Source: Candidatus Omnitrophota bacterium
Lineage (GTDB): Bacteria > Omnitrophota > Gorgyraeia > JABMQH01
DNA: 58,309 bases
Direction of reading: 5' to 3'
Assembly (NCBI GenBank): GCA_013203355.1
Contig: JABMQH010000075.1
Coordinates: 1-58,309 of the forward strand
The notes beneath the pieces are model-generated. The model had not been told where the DNA came from. It was given only the letters and a program-made list of their open reading frames with translations, and did not search any database. This document shows, one piece after another, positions 34,761-42,966 of this stretch (its first letter is position 1; each line of letters starts with the position of its first letter). The position numbers and the translations under genes are program-made.

Positions 34761-36860
34761 TTAGTCTTTTTCGCACAAGGCCTTGTAGCTCTTATAATAG
34801 TGTATTGCAAACCCTGCGAAGCTTGGATGTCTCTCAAACTCTCTTTTTGCCTCAACTAAAACCTTATTCAGATCCCTTTGAGTCAAATCTGCAAATGTCA
34901 ACTTCTCAAGCATTACTTCCTTTGCCGCAAACATCAAAAAACTGCTTCCATCCTCACTGCTATATTCCTGATATCGAATGTCTCTGAATTCAGGGTTTTG
35001 TGAAATGGCCTCAATCGCATCAAATGTCAGTTCACTAAGCCCTTCTTCGTCTTCTGGCTTAACGATCCCCCCGAATAAGGCCCTTAATTCAAAGAGTGCC
35101 TTTTTGAAATCTTCTTCAGCGGCCTTTTCCGGCTTCATGAGGCCTATGTATGTTTTTTTGTTGTCCGTATAAGTCTTTAGTGAAAATCCGTTGAAGCGGG
35201 TTCCTCCGACAAACCACGAGGTTTCTTCATCTGACAGATATTTATTGAACTTATCTTCATCTAAGCGCGAAATAAAATAAACTTCCTGATTAGGATATTT
35301 CGATGTCTCAACGCCTACAAAAACTTTTTTTCTGACCTCAGCGGCGTATTTTAACTCATCCAGGGCAAGCCGTATCATCCCGTCGGGACCAGATGCATAA
35401 TTTCTGTAGGCCATTATCCCTACATTATCGCATATATCAATTAACCTCTTATCAAGAAAACCCACCTGGTCAAACCAGAATGGTATGTCTATCCCGAATT
35501 CCAGCTTGGATTCGCTTGAGGAGATCAGTTTCTTGCACTCCTTGTTTAACGCCAAAAACTGATTTACAATCTCTTCTTTTTTACCAGAATGAAAACCGGG
35601 CAACAAATAGGGCTCGTTATCATAATGAATACCGTCTATCTGTTCCGAGGCAGGATATTTTTTATTAAACTCCAATATCGCATTTACCTCTGCCAGAACA
35701 AGGTGATGTTTGTCCTTCAAGCAAAAATCAGCCGCGCCGTCCAGTATGTGCACCTTCAGTCCCTCCGCATGCGCCTCCCTAAGAAAGGACCTTAACTTTG
35801 TTTCATAAAGCAATCTGCAGACTGTCTTGCCCTTATAAGGAATAAATTGATACTGGAGTTGAAAAAACAGAATTTGGATATCCTTCTTTTTGCAGAAATC
35901 AAACAACTCCTTTCTTTTGGCTTCATTCAGAAGGATTTCTTTCGAATGCCAGACCCACATTGCATTCTGCGTATTATTTTTCTCAGCCCTTTTTCTCATC
36001 AGGGTAACCTCTCTTCTTATCGTAAGCGCAGTGGATTTATTGTTAAATATCTTTCGTTTCAATTCTTTAAATTCCCAATACCGCGTATTTTCCCCGTCGA
36101 CCCTTGCGATCAAGTCTCCTTCTCTTAAACCTGACTTGTATGAGGGGCTCCCTTCCTTAATAGTTTTGACTATGGGGCCCTCAAATTCCATGCTTATCGA
36201 GAAAGGTAAAGATAACGCAATTGATGGCAATGGCCCGACATTAACATCTCTTTCTATAACTATTTTCAATATGGTGTTTGAAAGTCCTATTAAGATCCTT
36301 GACGCATTTTTCAGCCCTGCATAGGTAAGGTATTTCGCCCAACAGCTTACAATCACATCCCCTATTAAGAGATCAGTTTCTTTGGGGGCCTCTTTATCCA
36401 GGGCCTTGATAGCGATCTTCTCGCCGACCTTCTTTAAGCTAATCCCCAGCTGGGCCTTCAAGATATCCTTAAGATCTCTATAACGCCAACTCTTATTAAA
36501 ATGCCATCTTGCGTCCTCAAGGCCTTTTATGGCATCCTGGGTTTCTTTAAAATCTGGATTTGATTGAAGCGCCAACCGATAGAATTGAAGCGCCTTTTCA
36601 AAATCGCCTTTGGTTTTAAACTTTTTTCCGATATATAAATTATTCTGATACGGCTCATTAAAAAATATTTCGTCTATTTTTGATTTAAGGATTTCTCCTT
36701 CTCCGTAGTCGGGAATGTTAAATACAAATCGGTCATAATACTCTTCAACGACTAATCCCTTTTCCGTAGTGCCGTCTTTAAAATATATAGTATCAGCAAA
36801 AGCTTTGGGGGATAAAAAATACAGCGCAAAGGATAAGAAGAGGACTAAAGATTTCTTCAT
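34761..36860 (-). CDS. exported multidomain protein: TPR, 2 PDZ-like domains and a GH-A-like TIM barrel
   Basis: Signal peptide ..SPKAFA-DT, a TPR-like segment (GDFEKALQFYRLALQSNP), a PDZ-like segment (SPSYKSGLREGDLIARVDGENT) and a C-terminal barrel. The barrel has MWVWHSKE.., IDGIHYDNEPY (NEP acid/base motif) and VFVGVETSK. Confidence 0.6.
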   Translation of the reverse strand: MKKSLVLFLSFALYFLSPKAFADTIYFKDGTTEKGLVVEEYYDRFVFNIPDYGEGEILKSKIDEIFFNEPYQNNLYIGKKFKTKGDFEKALQFYRLALQSNPDFKETQDAIKGLEDARWHFNKSWRYRDLKDILKAQLGISLKKVGEKIAIKALDKEAPKETDLLIGDVIVSCWAKYLTYAGLKNASRILIGLSNTILKIVIERDVNVGPLPSIALSLPFSISMEFEGPIVKTIKEGSPSYKSGLREGDLIARVDGENTRYWEFKELKRKIFNNKSTALTIRREVTLMRKRAEKNNTQNAMWVWHSKEILLNEAKRKELFDFCKKKDIQILFFQLQYQFIPYKGKTVCRLLYETKLRSFLREAHAEGLKVHILDGAADFCLKDKHHLVLAEVNAILEFNKKYPASEQIDGIHYDNEPYLLPGFHSGKKEEIVNQFLALNKECKKLISSSESKLEFGIDIPFWFDQVGFLDKRLIDICDNVGIMAYRNYASGPDGMIRLALDELKYAAEVRKKVFVGVETSKYPNQEVYFISRLDEDKFNKYLSDEETSWFVGGTRFNGFSLKTYTDNKKTYIGLMKPEKAAEEDFKKALFELRALFGGIVKPEDEEGLSELTFDAIEAISQNPEFRDIRYQEYSSEDGSSFLMFAAKEVMLEKLTFADLTQRDLNKVLVEAKREFERHPSFAGFAIHYYKSYKALCEKD

Positions 36861-37792
36861 TTTTTCTCTACTAGTTTTCTATAACTTAAATAATGGTGCA
36901 TTGCAATACCGGCAAAGGCAGGATTGCTGCCATATGCCTTAACCAACTTGCGTATTTCACTTTCCATCTCTTGCTCGGTCATCTTCGCGAATGTTATATG
37001 CTCCGGATAGAGGTTCTCCTTTGTCTCCTGGCCAATATAAATCTTCTTGTTTACGCTATCTGCGTATTCGATCTCATTTTTCGCGAGGGCAATAGAGCCA
37101 TTAGGGCCGTCTGCAAAGTTTCTATAATCCATAATTGTAACGGAATCGACTGTATCCAGAATATGAAAACTTGGGGATTTTGCCTGCCCATCCCAGATAA
37201 CGACTAAAGAAGGATCGTCATCATACCAGAACGGGATATCACAGGCATATATTATATCCGCTTCCTCTATCTGCCTTAGCTCGATTATTTTCCTATTCAG
37301 GTCAAGGTATTCCTTAAGAAGCTTCCCTTTATTCTGCTCCCACGGTTTGCCCAAAAGGTACACCTCGGTATCATTTTGTATGCCGTCAAATCTTTCCCTC
37401 GGCTTTACGGCCCTGTTAAAGCTCAAAATCGCCTCAAACCACCTCAAAGGCTGTTGATGATACCTTTCCAGGCCCCATCTCGGGTCTCCTCCGAGGGCAT
37501 GGACAGAAATATCATGACTATGTGCAAGGCGATTAAATAGACGGTAATTTTGGATGTTCTGTTCACTAAAATGGTGGGCGGATATGTATAGGCGGTTTAT
37601 ATTCCTGGTCTTGCAAAATTCAAGGAGCCTGCGCGTAGATTCCTTCGACGCGGGGATCTTTACGTCCCAGACCCACATTGCGCGCGGCGGCTCAGCTATA
37701 TCCTGCGCATCTATAAGAAGTGTTGGGGAAAATATAAAAAGAATTATCAAAAACCATTTTGAAATTTTTGTATATTTCGCCCCGTTACGCAT
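36857..37792 (-). CDS. exported GH-A-like TIM-barrel protein (paralog of the C-terminal domain of the 699-aa protein)
   Basis: 311 aa with a signal-like N-terminus. It has RAMWVWDVK.., FDGIQNDTEVY, DIPFWYDDD, TIMDYRNFADGPNGS, IYIGQETKE and FAGIAMHHYLSYRKL. All of these are collinear with the 699-aa and 792-aa proteins. Confidence 0.6.
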   Translation of the reverse strand: MRNGAKYTKISKWFLIILFIFSPTLLIDAQDIAEPPRAMWVWDVKIPASKESTRRLLEFCKTRNINRLYISAHHFSEQNIQNYRLFNRLAHSHDISVHALGGDPRWGLERYHQQPLRWFEAILSFNRAVKPRERFDGIQNDTEVYLLGKPWEQNKGKLLKEYLDLNRKIIELRQIEEADIIYACDIPFWYDDDPSLVVIWDGQAKSPSFHILDTVDSVTIMDYRNFADGPNGSIALAKNEIEYADSVNKKIYIGQETKENLYPEHITFAKMTEQEMESEIRKLVKAYGSNPAFAGIAMHHYLSYRKLVEKK

Positions 37793-37830
37793 TTTGGTCT
37801 CGCTCCATTAAAGACCCCAATTACATCTAA

Positions 37831-37858
37831 ATCCCGTTAGATAAGTTTCTAACGGGAT
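37831..37858 (-). other. perfect 11-bp stem-loop between the 262-aa and 311-aa genes
   Basis: ATCCCGTTAGA-taagtt-TCTAACGGGAT. Only TT follows on the minus strand, so it is a weak terminator at best. It may be an intra-operon processing or stability element. Confidence 0.4.
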
Positions 37859-37906
37859 AAACATAGCAATCATTCTATTATCGCACACAATAATGTGTAA
37901 CGGGGT

Positions 37907-38692
37907 TCATTTCTCAAGCGCTATATCGTCAATAAGCACACCGCCCGAACCAGCGCCTTCAGGATAGCAATCTGCTTCAAAATTTATTGATACCGAAGAC
38001 AGGCTTGCGTAATCCAGAAAAAACACATTAAGCGGTATTTTGGCCTTCTGCCACTCAGTAGTAATCCTGCCTTTTTCCAAATAGACGCCTACCTCTTCTG
38101 ATTTTAAGGAGTCGCCCATCCTATCCCAATGCTCATCGGCTAGGCCAATCATAAAATTTTCACCACCCTCTTCACCTTTTACCCAAAAGGTTATGAGACT
38201 ATAATTTGACGCGTCAAAATACTGGCTGGTCCTTGGATTTTTAAGCAGTGTGTAATAGCCGCACCATCCGCCAAGCCCGCTGGGCCCGCCTGTATTCTTT
38301 TTTTCATACTTAATCATCAGAACCTTTGTTTCCTTGCCGGATATAACTTCATCGCGTTTCGCAAGCATAACCCTCGAAGGCGGCCTTACGTATATATTTG
38401 TTCGTGAACCAAGTTTATTCGTACCGCCCCCCTTTTCAAAATCATCAATGATGACTATGTCGGCATCCGGTGAAGCTGTCGGGTAAGGAGCGCTGGGTTT
38501 TACCGGCGCGCTTGAAGCCTGCGAACCTTGATCTGATGACTCAAACTTATTTATCACAGTAACCTCTTCGCTAATCGCCTGTTTCTTCTCTATGCCCGTG
38601 GTGATAAAATAGAAAATACTAAAGAGACATATTACATTAATTACTACGACCATCCCTACCTTTATTGCCTTCAGTTTATTTTTCTCCCCCAT
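37907..38692 (-). CDS. membrane-anchored protein with one CBM-like jelly-roll module
   Basis: I prefer the start at 38692 (MGEKNK.., GGAGG 8 nt upstream) over the track start at 38728. It has a TM helix and a Ser/Pro linker. The module reads GGWCGYYTLLKNP..ITFWVKGEEGGENFMIGLADEHWDRMGDSLKSEE..TTEWQKAKIPLNVFFLD..VLIDDIALE. Confidence 0.65.
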   Translation of the reverse strand: MGEKNKLKAIKVGMVVVINVICLFSIFYFITTGIEKKQAISEEVTVINKFESSDQGSQASSAPVKPSAPYPTASPDADIVIIDDFEKGGGTNKLGSRTNIYVRPPSRVMLAKRDEVISGKETKVLMIKYEKKNTGGPSGLGGWCGYYTLLKNPRTSQYFDASNYSLITFWVKGEEGGENFMIGLADEHWDRMGDSLKSEEVGVYLEKGRITTEWQKAKIPLNVFFLDYASLSSVSINFEADCYPEGAGSGGVLIDDIALEK

Positions 38693-38708
38693 GGAACCAA
38701 CCTCCGTT

Positions 38709-39317
38709 TCATTCAAACGCCACTTCATCTATATAAACCACGCCTCTTCCCTGCCCCTCAGGGAAACAATCGCCTTCAAAACAAATAGCCACAGAGGCCA
38801 ACTCCTTCATGTCCAGGAAAAATACGTCAAGTGGCACAGTCGCCTTCTGCCATTCTGTCGTAATATGATTCTTCGGCAGATACGCGCTGATCTCTTCTGA
38901 TTTTAAGGAATCGCCCATTTGCTCCCAGTATTTGTCTGCTAATCCAATTTTAAAATTCTCCTGCCCCTTCTCTCCTTTTACCCAGAATATAAGGTTTGTA
39001 AAACCCGTGGCATCAAGATATTTCGGGCCTGACTTTAAGAGAGAGTAATAACCACACCACCCACCCGTGTCATCGGGGCCGCCTACATTTTTCTTATCGT
39101 ATCTTATGACTAATGCCTTCCCCGAAGGCCCGTAATGCTCCCTGTCGCTAGTCGCAGCAGTCGCCCTTGAGGGTGCGCGTTGATACACGCTTGTGCGGCC
39201 GCCTAAAAGATTCCCAACCTTTTCAAAATGGTCAACGTAAAAAGGCTCGGCAAAACAAGGAGTGACATAAAACGAAATACATAAAACGCAAAATAGAAAT
39301 ACACTAACCTTCCTCAT
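38709..39317 (-). CDS. secreted protein consisting of one CBM-like jelly-roll module
   Basis: Signal peptide ..TPCFA-EP, then GGWCGYYSLLKSG..LIFWVKGEKGQENFKIGLADKYWEQMGDSLKSEE..TTEWQKATVPLDVFFLD..VYIDEVAFE. GGAGG precedes the ATG. Confidence 0.65.
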   Translation of the reverse strand: MRKVSVFLFCVLCISFYVTPCFAEPFYVDHFEKVGNLLGGRTSVYQRAPSRATAATSDREHYGPSGKALVIRYDKKNVGGPDDTGGWCGYYSLLKSGPKYLDATGFTNLIFWVKGEKGQENFKIGLADKYWEQMGDSLKSEEISAYLPKNHITTEWQKATVPLDVFFLDMKELASVAICFEGDCFPEGQGRGVVYIDEVAFE

Positions 39318-39320
39318 CGC

Positions 39321-40529
39321 TCAATCCTCCTTCAAATAGAATTTTAAATCATCAATATATACGGTTCCTTTTCCTTTTTCGTTAAAATTTATCACAAATG
39401 AACCCATCTGTGAAAAATCCAGCAGGCCAAAATCCTCAAGCGGTACGACTACCTCCTGCCATTCGGTGGTAATGCCGCCGGGCAGGTACTTTGCCACTCC
39501 GCCTGCCTTTAAGGAATCCCCTATTATGCCCCAATTCTTATCGGCCATGCCTATTTCAAATTTCTCGCCTCCCGTTTTGCCTTTTACCATAAAAGAGGCG
39601 GCCTTAAAGCCTGAAAGGTCGTAGTATTCTCCGTCTATTTGATTCAGCAACGTATAATACCCGGCCCATCCGGTTGATTCCCTTTTATAAACGATTTTTA
39701 AAGAGCGGCCTTTTGAACCAAAATACTCTTCGGATGACCTTCCGGTTTTGCATACCGAAGGAAGCTTCTTATAAGTATTTGTCTTCCTTCCGAGAAGATT
39801 TAAATCGGAATAATCAAAACTATCCAACAGCAAGAAGCCCTTCTTTTTTATCTGCTCCAATCTCCCCTCAAAAACCAAATCTTCTTTATAAAACCTTACT
39901 TCATCAATCCAGAATACGCCATCACTTATGTCATTAAATTGAAAAACCAGGCTATATGTCTTTGATATGTCAGGCCCGTAAAAGTCCGAAAGCGGAAGCT
40001 TAACCAGCTGCCAATTCTTCGTAAGGCCACTCGGCAGATACCTATCTATGGGCCCAATATAAACAGCATCTTCCCTTTTATTGGATATCACATCGTTCAT
40101 TCCGACTTCAAAAACCTCACCGCCTTTTTGTCCTTTAATTAAAAAGGAAATGGTTTTATATCCGGATAAATCAGCCATCAATATCATATAGGCGCCGCAA
40201 AAGCTTTTCTCGTCGGCCTTTTTATACATAACCTTTATTGCCTTATGATCCAGCGTATCTTTTGCCTCCTTAGTGGAATCTGCTATTGACTCGCCTTTAT
40301 AAAATACCTTCTTATCATAAAATACGCCAACCTTAGAAGGCGAGCAGACAAACCCACCAATCTTCCCTCTATATCCAAATCTCTTTTCGCTTTCAAAAAG
40401 CTGGGTTTCTTTTGGCATCGGCGGCAGGTCATTTATGCTAACAGAATCGGCTAAACTTACAGAGAATAAGGAATAGAAAACGGATGATAAGAAACAAAAA
40501 ATCGAAATGATTATAGCTTTTTTATTCAA
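39321..40529 (-). CDS. secreted protein with two tandem CBM-like jelly-roll modules
   Basis: Module 1: ISFLIKGQKGGEVFEVGMND..WQLVKLPLSDF..FWIDEVRFY. Module 2: GWAGYYTLLNQ..SFMVKGKTGGEKFEIGMADKNWGIIGDSLKAG..TTEWQEVVVPLEDF..VYIDDLKFY. Confidence 0.65.
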   Translation of the reverse strand: MNKKAIIISIFCFLSSVFYSLFSVSLADSVSINDLPPMPKETQLFESEKRFGYRGKIGGFVCSPSKVGVFYDKKVFYKGESIADSTKEAKDTLDHKAIKVMYKKADEKSFCGAYMILMADLSGYKTISFLIKGQKGGEVFEVGMNDVISNKREDAVYIGPIDRYLPSGLTKNWQLVKLPLSDFYGPDISKTYSLVFQFNDISDGVFWIDEVRFYKEDLVFEGRLEQIKKKGFLLLDSFDYSDLNLLGRKTNTYKKLPSVCKTGRSSEEYFGSKGRSLKIVYKRESTGWAGYYTLLNQIDGEYYDLSGFKAASFMVKGKTGGEKFEIGMADKNWGIIGDSLKAGGVAKYLPGGITTEWQEVVVPLEDFGLLDFSQMGSFVINFNEKGKGTVYIDDLKFYLKED

Positions 40530-42900
40530 GTTCTAACACCCCAAACGTGGTTGGGTCTCCCCAAACCCGGTTTTGTGACGTGGACATGAGTACCTTCATT
40601 GGATTGGTTATGTCATCCGTGTCTCCCACGTCTATCATTATACCAATTCTGCCTCCTTTAGGCAAACCTAAACTGGCTCCTTCTTCAGACCCTGGTCGAG
40701 AGGTTCCACTGCTTTCCGCCTGCATTGATTCAACATTACCCACGGAAATCTGTCTCTCATAAAGCAAGATCTCTTTTGGAATCCTCGCCTCAACAATATA
40801 CCCACTTTGCGTCTTGGAAGAGGCGACCTCCACAAGTTCCTTATACTTTAATTCCTCCGGTAGGGTAGGCACCCAGAGATAGACCTCTGGCTCTAAACTG
40901 GAAAAGTTTCCCGCATTTAGCCCAAATTGGAAATCATCATCTGATGTTACCGACTCATTCAAATCAGTGGCCAGGTCTATATCAAACCAGAGCTCCACGT
41001 GATCCCCCTCCCACATATCCTTGCCAACCTTTTCCTGAATGTATTTATCGTCTGTAACATCCATCGCAATATATAACGCATCCTTATCCCACTGAGTATA
41101 AAATTTATAACTTAAGTCCTCTTGCCCCTGCCACGCAATCTGGCCGTAAAGTACATATTTTTCATCCATAATTTCATAAGGCGTACTTAAACCCCAATCG
41201 TCTAACGCACCGTCTATTACCAAATCGCCCACCCTCTGAGCTGCCTTTATGATATAATTTTCTTTCCGCTGTTTAGTCGGCACATTTCTCCCTCTTGTCA
41301 TAATCCTATAGCTGTCATAACAGTGGATAGCGATGCCTTCAAAGCTTGGATCAAATAAGAATTCCTGTTTTACCCTGTCGAGCTGGCGCTCCATCTGCTC
41401 CCAGCCTTCCTCAATAAAGGTGTTGCGCCTTTTACCTTGGCGCATCGAGATCAGATCCTGTGTCTCGACCGCTATCACAACCCTCTTGTTCATTTTATTT
41501 GCCAGATCAATATGAAATTTCGCATGCCCGATAATCTCTTTTGCCGTATCATAATAATCCATCAGCGCGATATAATCTACGTACCCTAAAATCTCCTTCT
41601 CAAATGCGCCTTCATCCTCCTTGTCGTAAAAGAAAGGTATGGCCGCTCCCATCCGAAATTCCTGTTGGTAACTGTCGACGAGTTCTCTGCATTGCCTCAA
41701 TAGATCCACGTACTCCCTTTTTATCCTATCCCTATTCTGCTCCCATTCCGCGGTCAGATATGGCTCTACATCCAAAGAGACGCCGTCTATCCTCTCCTCT
41801 TCGGGCCTTCTGTTGTTGTAGTCCAAAAAGAATTTTATCCAATTCAGAAGCAAATAATGGTTTTCAGCTAAAGACCAGACTGGGTTACCTGTCAGGGCCT
41901 CTACTTTAATACCGATATCGTGACACTCTTTTAAGAATTCTGAGAGTGAGTCAAAATAACCCGCTTCCGGCATTTCGGTGAATTCCGGAAAGAACAGATA
42001 CAATACTCCGATATCCGCATTTTTACAAAGCTTAAATACGTTTTGCCTTTGCTTTTTATTGCTTATGGGATCTATTTTCCAAATCCAGAGTGCCCTTGGA
42101 TGCATAGGATCCTTTTCTGCCTGCGGCAGGTTGTATGCCTCTATCTTTGCGATACCTATGTCGTTCTTAAATTTGACATCCTCTACGTATACCTTCCCGG
42201 AACCTCCGTACTTAAAGAAAAAAATCAAAGACCCCATTTTGGACAAATCCATCTCGGAAGACAATCTTGACAATGGAATCTTTGCCTCTTTCCATTCCTT
42301 TGTGATAAACCTTCCCGGTAAAAATGAAGTAGCGGGCCCTAAGAAGCAGGCATCTATCTCAAGCTCCCTCATCTGCGCATCGGCTAACCCAACATCAAAG
42401 TTTTCCCCGCCTTCCTCGCCTTTGATCCAAAAACTTAGGGTGTTATATGAAGTTATATCAATATCATTCAAAAGCGTATACCACCCGCTCCACCCTCCTT
42501 CTTTTCTATAGTCAATAACCAGACTTTGGCCCTGCTCGCCTCTTATGACCTCGCGTGATTTAGTAATAATGGCGTAACTCGGCCTAACGGCAAACGTGCC
42601 CTGGTAGCTGCCTACCCTGTTTTTCCTTCCGTGAGCTATCCCGCTGGTTAATCCTACATCGAAATCATCCACTAAAATTTCATCCTGTAACAGCTCAGGC
42701 AGTATAGGAGTGCGCCATCTTCTTGTCCCTCTTATGACTACCTGAATAGGTTTCTCGAGGATTCTTCTGGCAATCCCTTTCAGCTCTTCCCTCTTCTCCT
42801 TGGCATTCAGCATAAAATATATATTAACCCCTGAAACTATTCCAAGGATAAATACCGAAATTATTATCCCGATTAATACGAATTTATTGAACTTTCGCAT
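40522..42900 (-). CDS. membrane-anchored protein: CBM-like module, GH-A-like TIM barrel and C-terminal CBM9/DOMON-like domain
   Basis: It has an N-terminal TM helix. The CBM-like module reads GGWSGWYTLLND..LSFWIKGEEGGENFDVGLAD..KEWKEAKIPLS..VYVEDVKF. The barrel has RALWIWKID.., IDGVSLDVEPY, ALMDYYD and VVIAVETQD. The C-terminus reads IDGALDDWG..YTQWDKDALYIAMDVTDD, as in CBM9-like domains. Confidence 0.65.
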   Translation of the reverse strand: MRKFNKFVLIGIIISVFILGIVSGVNIYFMLNAKEKREELKGIARRILEKPIQVVIRGTRRWRTPILPELLQDEILVDDFDVGLTSGIAHGRKNRVGSYQGTFAVRPSYAIITKSREVIRGEQGQSLVIDYRKEGGWSGWYTLLNDIDITSYNTLSFWIKGEEGGENFDVGLADAQMRELEIDACFLGPATSFLPGRFITKEWKEAKIPLSRLSSEMDLSKMGSLIFFFKYGGSGKVYVEDVKFKNDIGIAKIEAYNLPQAEKDPMHPRALWIWKIDPISNKKQRQNVFKLCKNADIGVLYLFFPEFTEMPEAGYFDSLSEFLKECHDIGIKVEALTGNPVWSLAENHYLLLNWIKFFLDYNNRRPEEERIDGVSLDVEPYLTAEWEQNRDRIKREYVDLLRQCRELVDSYQQEFRMGAAIPFFYDKEDEGAFEKEILGYVDYIALMDYYDTAKEIIGHAKFHIDLANKMNKRVVIAVETQDLISMRQGKRRNTFIEEGWEQMERQLDRVKQEFLFDPSFEGIAIHCYDSYRIMTRGRNVPTKQRKENYIIKAAQRVGDLVIDGALDDWGLSTPYEIMDEKYVLYGQIAWQGQEDLSYKFYTQWDKDALYIAMDVTDDKYIQEKVGKDMWEGDHVELWFDIDLATDLNESVTSDDDFQFGLNAGNFSSLEPEVYLWVPTLPEELKYKELVEVASSKTQSGYIVEARIPKEILLYERQISVGNVESMQAESSGTSRPGSEEGASLGLPKGGRIGIMIDVGDTDDITNPMKVLMSTSQNRVWGDPTTFGVLELE

Positions 42901-42908
42901 ATATACTT

Positions 42909-42937
42909 ATTATAGACTGATCATATCCTAAAGTCAA
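42909..42937 (-). promoter_or_regulatory. near-consensus sigma70 promoter; ATG 8 nt after the -10 (leaderless first gene of the six-gene operon)
   Basis: On the minus strand: TTGACT (42937-42932), a 17-nt spacer, TATAAT (42914-42909), then aagtatat and ATG at 42900. Confidence 0.65.
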
Positions 42938-42966
42938 TTTATAGAAGAGTGTCTGTCGGTTTAACT

